From Takakia lepidozioides (Eukaryota; Plantae; Bryophyta), in contig CM060731.1 of assembly GCA_030704615.1 (NCBI GenBank), positions 81,530,001 through 81,594,000 of the forward strand: a stretch of 64,000 nucleotides of DNA, read 5' to 3'. Made by a program: the position numbers and the translations under genes. The notes below the pieces were generated by a model. It ran no database searches. It was not told the DNA's origin and saw only the letters and a list, made by a program, of their open reading frames with translations. This document shows positions 25,111 through 38,992 of the stretch, in pieces. Within the stretch, counting starts at the first letter, position 1; each line of letters opens with the position of its first letter.

Positions 25111-28100
25111 ATGGGGTCGGGCAAGCCAAAGCGAAAGCGGAACGGCCCAAAAGATGATGATCCCGGTGAGCCCGATGGGGGCGACGTGTCACCGAGGCGG
25201 CCGTTTGAGGAAGCGATGCATGTTTCCGAAAACGAGGCCGCTCAAGGGCGGGAGGAATCTGAGGAGTCGGAGCCCAAGGAATCCTTGAGAGCTCCGACCG
25301 ACCAACATATGCCTCCCATGCCGGCAGCCTTTTGGGAAGGGTTGTTGGCGCAGTTTGGCGGGACGTTGAAAGACGTGTTGAAGGCGGCTAATGCCACTTC
25401 CACTAAGGCAAAGTTTAAGGTGAAGCCTAAGGAACCCGGCACCTTCGAGGGTGTCCAAAATCGGAAGGCACTCAACACCTGGCTCCTGGAGCTAGAGCAG
25501 TACTTCCGGGCGGCCAAGTTGAGTGACGAGGATCGGGTGGAAGTGGCTCCCACCTATTTGAGGGGCTATGCTCAACAATGGTGGCAGAAACGCCTTCACG
25601 ACCGAGGTCCAAGCCCGGAAACCTTGAACTGGATGGGTTCAAGGAATTGATGAAGAGACAGTTTGTGCCCCTCAACGCGTCCTGGCTTGCCCGGGACAAG
25701 ATGAGGAATTTGAAGCAAACAGATGACATTCGGGGATATGTCCAGGCTTTCAATGAGCTTTTGCTCGAAGTCGCGGACATGGCAGAACTAGAAATGGTCT
25801 TCAACTTTGTGGCGGGACTGGCCCCATGGGCCAGGCGGAAGTTGGAGGAGAAGCCACCTAAGACTTTGAACGAGGCAATTGAGAGGGCTGAATGTTTCTC
25901 GGATGTCCCTAGGGGTGAAAGACAAGGCCGTACGGAGCTGAACCACAAGAAGACCCGGCGGGAAGGTGAAGAAGTGGGATAGGCCACGCGGCGACAATGG
26001 CACGTGGAAATCGAAGGGAGGGCCTTCACACGTCAAGACGGTACCCGGTGCTTCGAAAGGAAAAGCGGGTGGAGCGGCTTATGGCGGACAGAAGACCACC
26101 TTTGATGGAGTGTGTTTCAATTGCGGGGAGCTCGGGCACATGGCCAAGAAGTGCACAAAACCTCGACAATTGAACATGACTCGGGCAACCACGGAGCTGT
26201 CAGAAGATACCATCAGTCGCTTGGTGGAAGCGGTGGTCGCCACGACTTGCAACGTAGGCAACTATTCTTGTGAGTTGTATCAGGAAACTGGCGCCCTACG
26301 TAAAGGGAGTCAGTTATTGTTTGTGGATGGGATAATATCCGGAACTAATGTGTCGTTGTTGGTGGACACAGGAGGGTCGCACTCCTTCATGACGCCGGCG
26401 GCGGCGCAAAAGTTGGGACTCTCGACAAGTGACGTGGGGGCCTCTATTGAGGTGCATTCTGCCAAAAAAGAACCACAACTGGTGACAAGGTTGGCATTTG
26501 ACGTTCCTCTTCAACTGGGGAGTTGGGGATGACCTTTTTGAGCAAATCCGGAGCGGTCATAGATGGCCGCAAGGGAGTAGTCACACTGCCATGTGGGAAT
26601 GGTGGCGAGGTCTTACGAGTGTCAGAAACGCCCAAACCCGTGGGAGGGCGAATAAGCCTTCTGTCAGCAAGGGAGTGGGCCGTGGAGGAGGCACACGAGC
26701 CCCAGTTTTTGCTCTACATTAGAGAAGTGAAGGGGAAAGGCGATGGGGAGCCGAGCCCAGATTGGATCAAGGGGATTTTGGAGAAATACCAGGATGTGAT
26801 GCCGGAGGATTTACCAAGCGGTTTGCCACCGCGAAGAGGAGTTGACCACAAGATTGAGGTGATACCGGGATCAGAACCGCCTGCCAAGGCGCCCTACCGG
26901 TTGAGCCACAGAGAGTTGGTCGAGCTGAAGACTCAGCTCAAAGATCTAATGTCAAAGGGGTACATCCGGCCGAGTAAGTCACCTTACGGAGCCCCGGTGC
27001 TATTTGCAGATAAAAAGGATGGGACGCTGCGGATGTGTGTCGATTACAGGGCTCTGAATAAGGTGACTATCAAAAACCGGTACCCTTTGCCAAGGATCGA
27101 CGACCTCTTCGATCGGTTGGCAGGAGCGAAGTATTTCAACCGGATCGACTTGCGCTCCGGCTATCATCAAATTCGGGTGGCGGAAGGGAGAGGAGAAAGA
27201 CGCGTGCAGGACAAGGTATGGTTCATATGAGTTCTTGGTGATGCCTTTTGGGCTCACCAATGCACCAGCGACATTTAGCACGCTGATGAACAGCCTTTTT
27301 CAGGATGGTTAGATGACTTTTGTGATCGTGTACATCGACGACATCTTGGTGTACTCGAAAACGAAGGAGGAGCACTTGGAGCACCTGAAAAGGGTGTTCC
27401 AAAAATTGCGGGAAGGGAAGCTATACGCCAAAGCTTCAAAGTGCGAATTCGGGGTCACGAAAGTGGGTTCTTGGGGCATGTGATTACACAGGATGGGATC
27501 AAAATGGATGACAGAAAGGTGAGGGCGATCTTGGACTGGGAGCCTCCGACTTTGGTCCCGGGAGTGCGATCCTTCCTAGGACTCGCCTCCTATTACCGGA
27601 AGTATGTGAGAAATTTCGCCAAGATCGCGGGGCCGCTGTCGGACCTTCTGTGTAAATCCAAAGTCTGGGTATGGAACACCTTTTGTGGCCAAGCTTTTGC
27701 TGAATTGAAGCAGCGGATGGCGGAAGCTCCAGTCTTGAAAATCCCGGAGTTCGATCGTCCATTCGAGATTCATACGGATGCGTCGGACTTCGCGATTGGG
27801 GGTGTACTTATGCAAGATGGACGTCCAGTGGCTTACGAAAGTAAGAAACTAAATGAAGTGGAGCGACGGTGGCCAACGCACGAAAAAAAAGAGATGAAGG
27901 CGGTGGTGCATTGCCTTGAGCTTTGGCGCCACTATGTTGGTTCCAACCCAGTGAAGGTATTCACGGACAATGTTACGGTGAAGTATTTTGCCACGCAGCC
28001 CAAGTTGTCCCCAAAACAACTTAGGTGGCAAGATACTTTGGCAGTGTTTGACGTGGATATCCAGTACAAACCGGGACGTGACAATGTGGTGGCCGATGCT

Positions 28101-29560
28101 TTAAGTAGAAAGCAGCAGCTCATGTTGGTGTACAGGGGCGAGACGGCGCTCCAAAGGAAGATCCGGAAGGCTTTCCGGAAGGATGAGCTGGCGAAGTCTG
28201 TGATGCAAGACTTGAGGAGGGGGGTTAAATCGCAGTTTCCACTTGCAAAATGGACTGCTCCGGTATAAGCAAAAGCGTCTCTACGTGCCGAAGGGAGGGA
28301 TCAGAGATAGTCTCTTGAGAGAATGCCATGATAGCCCGCTTGCGGGCCACGGCGGAGCCAAGCGCACTGCGGCACTCTTGAAGAAAGAGTATTTCTGGCC
28401 CAAACTGAGGGAGGAGGCAGAGGAGTATGTCAAGACATGCACCACATGCAACAAAACCGGAGCGAGTACAAAAAGCAAGCGGGGCTGTTACAACCCTTGC
28501 CGATTCCAGAGGGGACTTGGGAAAGCGTCTCGATGGATTTCATGACTGCTATGTCGCTGTCAAAAGGATTCGATGCAATCATGGTGGTGGTGGTGGATAG
28601 GTTCAGTAAAATGGGCCATTTCATCCCACCAAGGAGACGGCAACGGCGCAGGAGGACAAGGCGACTTTACTTCGCCCACGTCTTAAAGCATCATGGAGTC
28701 CCGAAGGATATTGTCTCGGACCGCGATCCAAAGTTTACGAGTAAATTTTGGATGACACTTTGGAAGAAGATGGGGACGAGGCTGAAGATGAGCACCGCCT
28801 TCCGACCTACGACCGACGGCCAAACGGAAAGAGTGAATTCCGTAGTGAAGCAGATCTTGCGGAATTACGTGTCGGCAGACCAATCAGACTGGGTGGAACA
28901 CTTAGACGCGGTAGAGTTCTGTTATAATAACACAGAACACTCCGCAACGGGAGTTTCCCTTTCGTATTGGTCTATGGAAAAGCACCTCTGGTGCCGACAA
29001 GTTGGGCCGCCCAGGACGTTGAGAGGAAACCGGGTAGCGGCGGTACTGGAAGAACGTGAGCGTTTGTTGAAGCTCGCAAAGTACAACATTGCCAAAGCTA
29101 GGAAACCGTATGAAAGGCAGGCGAATCAGAAGCGGAGGGGAAGTGAAGTTTGAGGCAGGCACAGAGGTCTGGTTTGAACATCAAGAATTTCCGACTACCT
29201 CCGGAAGTGAGTCCAAAGTTCGTACCTCCGTATGCGGAACCCTTTCGCATCTGGAAGGTTATGAATGAGGATGTGTATGAATTGGAGCTGCGGCAAACAG
29301 CAAGGTGCATCCAGTATTCCACGTCTCCCTTTTGAAGCCTTACTTCAAAGATGAAGCGCGTCCGAATCGGCATCAAGTGTTGCGTCCGCCACCTGTGCTG
29401 TTGGATCATGAAAATGAACGTGAGTACGAGGTGGAGGCAGTACTTAAGTCAAGGAGGTTCAAGAACCGAGAAACGGAGTATCTCGTCAAATGGAAGGGCT
29501 ATCATCATGTGGAGGCATCTTGGGTGCGTGCCTCAGAAATGGAAACGCATCCGAGGCGGT
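25111..29560 (+). pseudogene. gag-pol: gag, CCHC knuckle, protease, RT, RNase H, integrase, chromodomain; multiple frameshifts
   Basis: CFNCGELGHMAKKC; LLVDTGG; [11 protein letters not shown]; YIDD (~27330); HTDASDFAIGGVL; SDRDPKFTS; TDGQTERVN; YEVEAVL...EYLVKWKGY...SWV. Confidence 0.92.
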
Positions 29561-32500
29561 TGCAGTTTTTGAAGGGCGACCTCAAAGCGGAAGAAGCGTT
29601 GATGGGACATCCCTTGGAGCATGGGGGAGGAAATGCATGCTTAGCCCGGCTTAGCTAGCTTAGGAATCCGATTGCAAAAACTGTATTGTACAAAAAATTT
29701 GTTATAAAGGAAATGGGTTCTAAATGTTGTGCGTCCTATTTTGTTTGGAATGGTGTGATGCATGGTGTGGTTGGCTAGTGTGTAGAATGCATGCTAGCTT
29801 ACAAAAGTGGGAGAGGTAAATTGGGTTAATCGTGTGTGTGTTTACGCAGTGCCGAAATCGGGTGACTCCCATCCAAGGGGCAAGGAAACATGCACCTTCT
29901 TTGGGAGTTCACGTGCTAGTGCGCACCTGGCGCGTGCGCGTACTATAACTACGCTACCGAGGCTATAACTGCGCTACCGAGGTGGTTGCCTTGTAGTAGG
30001 AAGCTACGTGCTTCCGTTCACGTACTATAATCGTGTAGCCTCGGGACGGGAAGTCATAGTGCGGCTTCGACGTGTTCCCGTACCTCAGGCCAGCATTCCA
30101 AGACGGACCCCAATTGTAATGATTGGGGCGCACGGTTGGTTCAAGGTTCTTCCTAGTCAAGGGGGTTCGAGGTGACCCTTGTGCAAGGTAATGCCAAGCG
30201 GCATCATGAGCGATCGCAAACAATGTTGTTGCAGTAAGGCGATTCGATCCTCGGGGAGGATCATTCCTTGGCCTTGAAGTAGGCCAAGAAGAGTGCACTG
30301 GGAGGAGCTTGAGAGGCTCCACCCCTGGCCGGGACTTGGAGGAAGTCGGCCGAACTAGCTAGTGGAGAGTAGAGTCAAGTGTAGGGTTTGGTTCTTGCCA
30401 TGGGACGCCATGGTACGGAAACAAACTCCTTGATGTGGGACGCCACAACTTGGATGTTCGTTTCTACAAAATGGACAAGTCGATGAGGACATCGACTCCC
30501 GTAGGGGGTGTGTGTCGTGGCCTTTGCCTTGAGGGGCAGGGGGTCGGGACACATGAGGGGCTGCCCCTGTGGTGGGGGCAGTGGCAGCGATAGGTACGGG
30601 GGGCTGAAGCACCCTTGAGTGCCCAAGGCACTCAAGGAGGTGGAGGTGCTCACTAGGTGGAGCCCCGCACACCGGGATGCGGTGGGGGGGGCTTCACAAA
30701 AGGGTGGTGGTAGCTTAGCGGGACTTAGGGGGGTGGCATAGGACTCACCTTGGGGCGGAGACCTCGTGGTGGGAGTCGTGGGGAGTCTTGGGACTCATCA
30801 CGGTCCATAGGGGCCGTGGTGGGTGGGCCAAGACTCACCGCAACTCATCACCGGGAGTCGAGGGTTTTCGTGGTGGTTCGCCATAAAATGGCATGGTTGT
30901 TTGTGAAACCCCCGCGGACAACTACAGAAGTATATATAGGGAGTAGTAACCCCGAGAACGGTGCAAGCCCGTTGGTGACCAAAACTAGTAAGTAAGCGAG
31001 CGAGCCCGAAAGCGACCAAAGAGTGGGGAGCTGTTCCGGACTGCCAACTACCAAAGGGAATTCCCGCTGGGCCCAAATCGGTGGAGGGTTCTTTGGGAGA
31101 TCAAAGGGGGACCGTTATGCCCCGGTGAGCAGCCGAAGCTCTAAGTTGGCCCGGCGGCCAGGTTGGGAGTTAGGCGCGCGCATCAAAGCGAGTAACTATG
31201 ACTTGAAGGGGAGCTTACCGAAGTGAGGTACGCGACACAGACGCTGATAAGCATATGTAAACTCCACCTTACACAAAGAGAAAGCATGACCCAGGTGGAG
31301 AAGTCCATTCATGTGAGGATAGGGGAAGTTTCCAAAGAGCTTTTCACCTTCCTTTGAATTTTTAAATTTGAAAGGATAGTTGATAGTTGCAGAAAGGGGA
31401 AATCTACGTATCTAGATCTGGTTTTAATTTTTTGGACTGTGTTAAAAATCTATGGAATTTTTTGAGTGTGAGTGTGCCATGAAAGATCCACAATTCTGTT
31501 TCTAGAACCTGTTGTGGTCTATATGAGAGACAAATCTGTGGATGTCCTCCTTGTATGGCTGGGGGAAATGAGGACGTAATTGAAGGACAAGTCTCTTCTC
31601 TTAGCCTGTGCACACAAGGGGACAAGATTTATGTTTCCCAAGGAACTCAGACTGATTTGAATGGAGAGCAGTTGGGCGAGTTGATTGCATACTGGGAGTC
31701 AGGCATTAGCAGTAGACAACAAACTGTTGTAGTTGGCGTTGAGGGCCTCAATATTACTTTGGACAGTCAGAACTCTGTTAGAGCCAGCAGTTCTACAGCT
31801 GTAGGTGAAATACCAAAGTGGGTGAAAGCTAGGCTTGGAACATAGCCAAAGACAGCCCCAGGGACCAAGGTGTTCAGCCACAAGGCCGTGGTGTATTGGA
31901 GTAGAGGAGCAGAAGCTACACAAGTTTGTGCAATCAGACATGGTTGCAGCCGGACACGCTCTGCACAAGACAAACACGAGCGGGGGTTCATTAGCAATGA
32001 CAAGTTTGTCCTGCTTGAAGGAGATGCAATCATTCGCAATGAGGACACCTGCAACCGTCTCCAAGCTTTCGAGTTGAGAGACTGTCAGACCCTACCTTTT
32101 TTTCTTTAGTGTTCAGTGAGGGAGGGGGGGTATTGCTTGTCTCTACCTGGTAGAAAGAGGAGGAGGGTTGGTTAGAGCGAGCTACTGTAGCTTGGGACAA
32201 GGTTTAGTGGCAGGTTTCTGGACATGATATACCTCCTACACCTTACATCATGCAAAGCGAGGCACTTTGAGAGAAGTCTGGCAGTTGATAGCATAGATCA
32301 GGATTAGATCTTGCTTGGTCGGGCTTCTATTCTTCCCTCCCTCTCTTTACTATTTTCATTACTTTGTACTTGTAGTTGCCAAAGCCTCTTTTGGTGGAGG
32401 CCAGTCAGTCCGGGGTTTTGGGCTGGGATATTCTGCAGTATCAGCATTGCAGATGGATTTTGGTGTGGGGGTGTTGATGTTTTGATTCTTGTGTTTGGAT

Positions 32501-32834
32501 CCCCCCCCAACACCTGCATGCTTACTGTGCGCCATGTTGGTTTTTGTGGGCGCTTGCTTTCATAGGATTAGGCCGGATTTGATCACCGGTCAATCCTAGA
32601 GTATGCTGTCATTGGTGAGGCTAGAGTGTGACCAGCAAGACCACCAGTGTTTCTTCTATGGTGAGACTGGGTTGATGACCAGCCAACCATAGGAGTTCTT
32701 GCGATGGATGCAGGTACAGGTGCCCTGAGCCACTGGGATATATGACCCTTAAACTGCACAGGTGCCCACCGTGTCACTATTAGAATTAGTACTAGAGCCT
32801 CATAGTGTCACGTGGGGGAGGTGCACATTGTGAG

Positions 32835-34330
32835 TGTCATCACGAGTTACCCAAGGGTTTTGAGGGGAGTATGGCTACAGGCAATAATAGTGAGAGTGGG
32901 TTCACAAGACGAGGTATTCGGTTCAGACCACCTTCACCTCCACCCTAAACTAGTGCAGAATCAGACACAGACTCGGAGGCTTCATCAACAGGGTGTGCAG
33001 TTTCATTCGCCATTGTTGTGGGACGACATGGAGGAGATGTATGGAGCTACCAAGGGGCCTCGTAGGTACTCTGGAGTTGTGGGCACAATTGAGCTGGATG
33101 ACTTTATCCAGGAGTTCGACAGCTGGTGTGATTTGCAGCAGATGCGCAATCCACAGCTATTCACCCCATTCATGGCGTGGAAGGGACTGTTCTAGCATTT
33201 GGAAGGCCCGCCTATGGGACGATTACCACGAGTTCAGGCGAGGACATGAAGCAGAGATTGAGGAGTGGAGGATGTATTGGTCACCTGACTACGTCTCCAT
33301 TACTCGAGGCACGACGCGACCAGTAGCTGCATCAGCACCAATATCTCCCACTGCCAGCACTAGTAGTGGAACAAGTAGTGCCGGTACTTTTGCAGGTGGT
33401 ACTAGTTCAAAAGGTGCTACTACTCCTCCTGCCACGACTACAACACATGTGCCTACATTCAACCCGGTGGTGGAGTTCTTCCAGGAGTTGCGGAGGAACT
33501 ATCAAGGTGTACGGACAGAGAAGCTGCGAAGTTTGTAAGACTTCCAGCGCAAACCCAGTGAGAGCCTGCGAGAGGCGTACACTCGTATGAGGCGCTTGAT
33601 AAGTGTGACCAAGGGGGTTACTGAAGCTCAGGCAATCCAGTTCTGGTATGGAATTTTGGACAAGGAGCTCAGGAGAAGGGTGCGGGATGCAACCCTGTTA
33701 CAAGCAGCCCAACCCACATTAGCAGATGTGTTTCTGCTGGCTGAGCGGATTGAGTCAACATGGTGGAGGAACGAGTTGTTACCATTGGATTTGGCAAAGA
33801 CATGCTGCACGAGGCGCAGCTGCCAGCCCACAGGCACAAGGGACTGCCCAACAGCGTGGTCAGGGGGGCAAGGTTTCCCAACCCAAATTTCATGGAGCTT
33901 ACATGGGACCTCAGGTGCAGAGGCAGGCAGTAGCATCTTTTGCAAGCCAACAGCAACCAGGGGTGATATGTTGGACATGTGGAGGACCCCATGTCAAGAG
34001 AGATTTTCCCAGAGAGTGGCAAAAGGCCGGCACAAGCACAGCCTACACAGTTGCAGTGTGGCATTGTGGCAATATGGGCATGGAGATGCCCAGTGTTTAT
34101 GACTTGCATCCTGAGTTGCGCCCAGGCCAGTTCCAAGGGAACAATGGTGGCCGGGGGCGAGGGGGACCAGCCCAGAGAGGACGAGGTGGCCGGGCACGAG
34201 GTGCAGGCCAAGGGCAAGCTCAACATGGCCAAGGACGCGAAGGTTAGGGTATTGACCAAGGCATGGCCAACCGGCTTCAGCAGCTAGAGCAGAGGCTCGC
34301 TGCCATGGCTACAGCTCAAGTGGTACCGGC
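32835..34330 (+). pseudogene. gag with two CCHC-like zinc knuckles, disrupted
   Basis: FQRKPSESLREAYTRM (retrotrans_gag-like); CWTCGGPH; CGHCG-like...GHGDAQC; RGG-rich tail. Confidence 0.75.
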
Positions 34331-34759
34331 TCCCAGGCGGAATGGTCCACCTCCTGCTCCTGAGGGAGGAGATATGGGAGGCATGGGATTCATGTGCGGA
34401 GCAGCACTACCACTAGAGCAGGTGGAGTCTGCTGCAGCCGTTGCCAACACTAGCCGCCTTTACAGCTGCAGTTAGTTGGCCTGGAGAGTTGGTGGAAGGC
34501 AATGCCCATGCAGAGGATGTGCCACCTTCAGCAGAGCAAAATGACATGCATGGTACGGTGGAGTTGCCTGCCATGGTTGCTCACACTCCATTGTGGGGTA
34601 CGAGCAAGGATTTGCAGCAGGCTGCTGATGGACGGGTGCAACAAGCCTGGGTAGAGGCCTTCGTACTGTCAGGAGAAGAAAAGAGTGCGGTGATTGCACC
34701 AGGACCGCCTCAGTTGTCGCCATTGGATACCACACTTCTTGTGTGGCAGTGCCCGGATG

Positions 34760-35710
34760 AAGGCATATGCCTTCTAGACTTGTTTGGCGAGATCAGCACT
34801 GGATTGGCTGCAGTGCTGCAGGCAGGTGTACGAGTTCGACGTTACCTGTATGTGGAGAGGGATGAGACTACACGACGCGTCTCACTATGCCATGTTGCTC
34901 AGTTGGTACAGCAGTACCCTGATTTGTTACCAGTGTCTGCAGTTCGTGGATACCAACAAGCCTTGCCAGCAGACATTTCGTTGCTGGGGGGCATTTGGAG
35001 CAACATGGTTGGGATCCATTGATCTGGTAGTGGCAGGTTGGCCCTGCCAAGGCATTCATCAGCGGGCATGGCAATGGATTGCGAGACTCGAGGACGGGTC
35101 TGTTTTGGGAGATGGTGCGGGTTTTGCGCCATTTGCAGCTTCATCAAGCTATATCTCCAGCATACATCTTAGAGAATGTGCCACTGATGGGCGATTCTCG
35201 GGCCAGGGTGATGGCCAGTGTGCATCAAGTCCGGTCATGGCTTGGGTCAGCAGTGTTGCTGGATGCAGCTGCAGTGGGGTCACGGGCTCATCGTCCACGG
35301 CTATGGTGGACTAACTTGATGCCACCTGCACTGCTCAAGCGTGCATTTGATGGGGTGCAGCGGCTAGCACACCTCACAGTGGATAGCATTTGGACACAGA
35401 AAGGCAGTCTCAAACGGTGAGATACGATGACCGTTCACCTTTGGCAGTGGTCAACAGGGTGGGTCAACCGCGAGCAGCATTACCTACACTGCTCAGCTTC
35501 CCAGGATCCCATGCTTTTCGGGATGGTGGACCTGGCCTCTTGTGGGATAGCCAATTGCAACAATTAGTGGAGCCCAATGCTGACGAGCGCGGGCGATGGG
35601 TTTTTACCACTGGTACCACGGTGGTGCCATCTCTTTCTGAGGCATCACGTCGTCAGGTTTTGGGGCAAGCAATGGATCTCAATTGTTTGACCTGGATTAT
35701 CAGCTTGGCT
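34760..35710 (+). pseudogene. C5-cytosine DNA methyltransferase domain (DNMT3-like) inside the retroelement polyprotein, frameshifted
   Basis: Motif I LLDLFGEISTG, II YVERD, IV DLVVAGWPCQG, VI YILENV, VIII AHRPRLWWTNL and X RQVLGQAMD, in the canonical order. Confidence 0.9.
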
Positions 35711-36129
35711 ATGGCTGAACAACGCAGAGTACACTTCCCTTCATGGTCTCCCTGCCTACCGAGACGGTACAGGCAACAAGTGGGGGCGAGCAGGTGAGGA
35801 CACGCGTGCAGGCCGCATCCATGGCACACGTGGGAGGTGCTCGAGGTTCAGAATGAGGTTGGCAGCCAAGGCAGCAGTGATGGATCAGGTTGGGGATTTT
35901 TCTCGGTTGAGGAGGTCTCAAGGATGGGGATGATGGGGGGGCAGGGTGAGACATTGTCACTGATAGAGGAGGCAGTGGTCATTGCTCAAGAGGTTGCAGC
36001 ATAGCAACCACGGGACGCGTCTTCTACCTCTAAGCCTGCTGGACTCAAGGTTGCAGTCACGGAGGACAACTGGGAACCTGATGTTGGACCTATAGTCACC
36101 GGAGGAGAGAGACGACGTATACGGCGGTT

Positions 36130-38990
36130 CTTGAGGGCTTACGGAACTGCTTTGCCTTCAGTTTGAAGGACTTAGGAGCACTGAAGGGTCAAGAGATTCA
36201 GATTGAATTGGTACTGACACGCCAATCTTTCGGAGACCCTATAGATACAGTGACATGGAGAGGTCCTTGATTCAGATGAGAACTCAGGACCTTTGGGAGG
36301 CTGGTTTGGTGGAGCTATCTGGGGGAGAGTATGCTTCAGCCACAGTGATGCCAGCCAAGAAGGATGTTTATGGCAATTGGACGGAGAGACGTATGTGCGG
36401 TGATTACCGGCCTGTAAATCGTCAAACCAAGTCCGATAGGTATGCCATGCCGACACCAGAGGAGATCTTTGATGCCATTGGGCATGCCAAGGTCTTTAGT
36501 ACTTTGGATTTACAATCCGAATATCACCAATTGCCGATCAAGGAGGCGGATAAGTAGAAGACGGCATTCTGGGGGATCAATGAGCACGGGAAGGATTGCC
36601 TATACCAGTGGCGGTTCTTACCATTTGGGCTTAAGAACGCTCCTGCAGAGTTTCAGAGAGTCATGGACAGGATTCTAGCAGGGGTGGAGTTTGCTCGGTG
36701 CTACATAGATGACATCATCATCTTTAGTGCTATGGTGGAGGAGCATGAGAGACACCTTCAGGTGATATTTGAGCGCTTGAGGGCGCACGGATTGAAGTTA
36801 CATCCGGGGAAGTGCAAGTTTTTCCACAACCAGATTGAGTATCTGGGTCCATGATATATCCTGGAGGATTGGGGTACAACAGACTAAGGTAGAGTCCATT
36901 GCACAGATTCCACGCCCCACGATTGAGCCGAGTTTGAGCTTTCATGGGGTTAGCAAACTATTATAGACGGTTTGTTAAGGGATTTAGTGTCATTGCAAAG
37001 GCTTAACCAAAGCTGCCCAAGTGGACCACAATAAGTGGCAGTGGGAAGATGAGCAAGAACAAGCTTTTCAAGAGCTCAGGCGAGGTTGACTCGGCGTCCA
37101 TCTTGAGACGACCTATCAGGGGGCGTCCTTTTCAGCTGCATACGGATTGGAGCATGCTGGGGCTTGGAGCGGTGCTCACACAGGTGGATGATGAGGGAAG
37201 AGAGTTCGTAGTGGCTTATGCTAGCTGCTCGAACAATGCTGCCGAGTCTAAGTATAGCTCATATGAGGGAGAATGCTTAGCTGCAGTGTGGGGTGGGTGG
37301 CACACTTCAGGTGCTATCTATACGACAATCTCTTCACCCTTGTCACAGATCACCAAACCACTCAAGTGGTTGATGGAGTCAGACAAGCTTACGGGGAAGC
37401 TTGCACGGTGGGCACTCATCCTCCAAGAATATGACTTTCAGTTATGCATCGACCAGGTTTGGTCAATCGCAATGCAGATGGGTTGAGTCGCAATCCATGC
37501 CACGAGGCCAACAGGATGACACTAGAGCTCGGTGGCATGGTGAGACGGACGAGGAGATGGTGCCCGGATGGCATGCATCTGCATTTCTGTGTATATTGGC
37601 AGTGGAAGGCCAGGTTGGACCTACAACAGGGATGACTGTAGATCAAGTGTCTGAGAACCCTGAGGCCAGCAATGAGCAAGGTGGCGCCAAAGATATACAT
37701 GAGGATTTAGTTGTGTTGGGACTACCTCCGCACTGGAGACACTGCAGCCACTGTGACTGCCAAGGAGAGGGATCGGATCCTACAACGAGCCAAGAGGTTC
37801 AAGTGGGAGGGGACACACCTGCTCCGAGTGGGGGAGGATGGTCGAGTGAGGGTTGTGCCTCACCCAACACAGCGGGCATGGTTAGTGCGGCATGCCCATG
37901 AGGAGTTGGGGCATTTTGGGGTGCGACGCACTCATAGTCTACTGCAGGGGCAGTATTGGTGCGTGGTATGCACACAGAGGTGCAACAAATTTGTGGCTAG
38001 GTGCATGGTGTGACAGGGTGCGTGCTTCATTCAACGCCCCTACTCCACAATTGCACCCTCTTCCGATCATGGGATTGGGCTACAGGTGGAGTCTTGACTT
38101 CGCAGGGGCGTTGCCACTGACCATGCGTCACAAAAGTACGTTTGGTTGATGGTGGAGCACTTCTCCAAAGTGGATCGAGTTGGTTCCGTTGCCTGATAAG
38201 GCTAGTGAGGGGAGTGCGTATGCATTCTTGGGATTGTGTACTTAGCCGCTTTGGTGCTCCAGCTGAGGTACTCACGGACCAAGGGAGAGAGTTCTTGGGG
38301 GAGTTTCAGGCTTTGTGTGACAAGGCCTTGATAGACCACCGCACCACTTCTCGGGATCATCCTGAGGCCGATGGCTTGGCAGAGAGGGTTGTTCAGATAG
38401 TGAAGAGGGATTTGCGCAAGTATGGCTTGCAGAAGGGACACCTAGGAGATTGAGACCTTCAGTTACCTTGGTTAGCCATGGGCTACAGGTTCAGCAAGCA
38501 AGCATCACTTGCCTCCTTCTCACCATACTTTCTTCTCTTTGGCCGAGAGCCGGATTTGCCTGCATCCATTCATAGAGAAGCTGCTACAGTTCTCAACCTT
38601 GACGATCCGGACATGTGGGCACGTGCATGTGATCAGCGTGCAGAGTTGTTCAAGAAAGTCATGCCCATGGCTTTCGAGAACCTTGCCATTGCACAACATC
38701 GTGATACGTTGAGGTATGCTACCATACATGGTGGGGGCTATCGTCCTGGGGTTCAGAGATTTAACCCTGGTGACTATGTTTATCTGCAGCAGACTGCTCC
38801 TACAACCTTGGATGTGACTACAGGACGTACTATTTTGAGGGTTCGAGAGGTGTTGCCCTCAAGAGTCCTAATCTTGGAGGGTCGGGATGGCATGATTTGG
38901 AAGGACCATGTGCGTAATTGCGCGCCATGTCACCTTCCAAATGTTGATGGAAGGGTTGACCCAAACCTGGCAGTGGTACCTGCAAGTTTG
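36130..38990 (+). pseudogene. RT, RNase H and integrase (Ty3/gypsy order), disrupted
   Basis: RRMCGDYRPVN; FSTLDL; PFGLKNAP; CYIDD (~36700); LHTDWS..GLGAVL; HEELGHFG; VLTDQGREF; ADGLAERVV. Confidence 0.92.
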
Positions 38991-38992
38991 AG

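Larger units (their letters stand above)
24328..31237 (+). mobile_element. full-length Ty3/gypsy chromovirus LTR retrotransposon (decayed)
   Basis: LTRs 24328-25055 and 30513-31237 (TGTCG...CGACA); 5-bp TSD CAGAC (24323-27 / 31238-42); PBS and PPT present. Confidence 0.95.
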
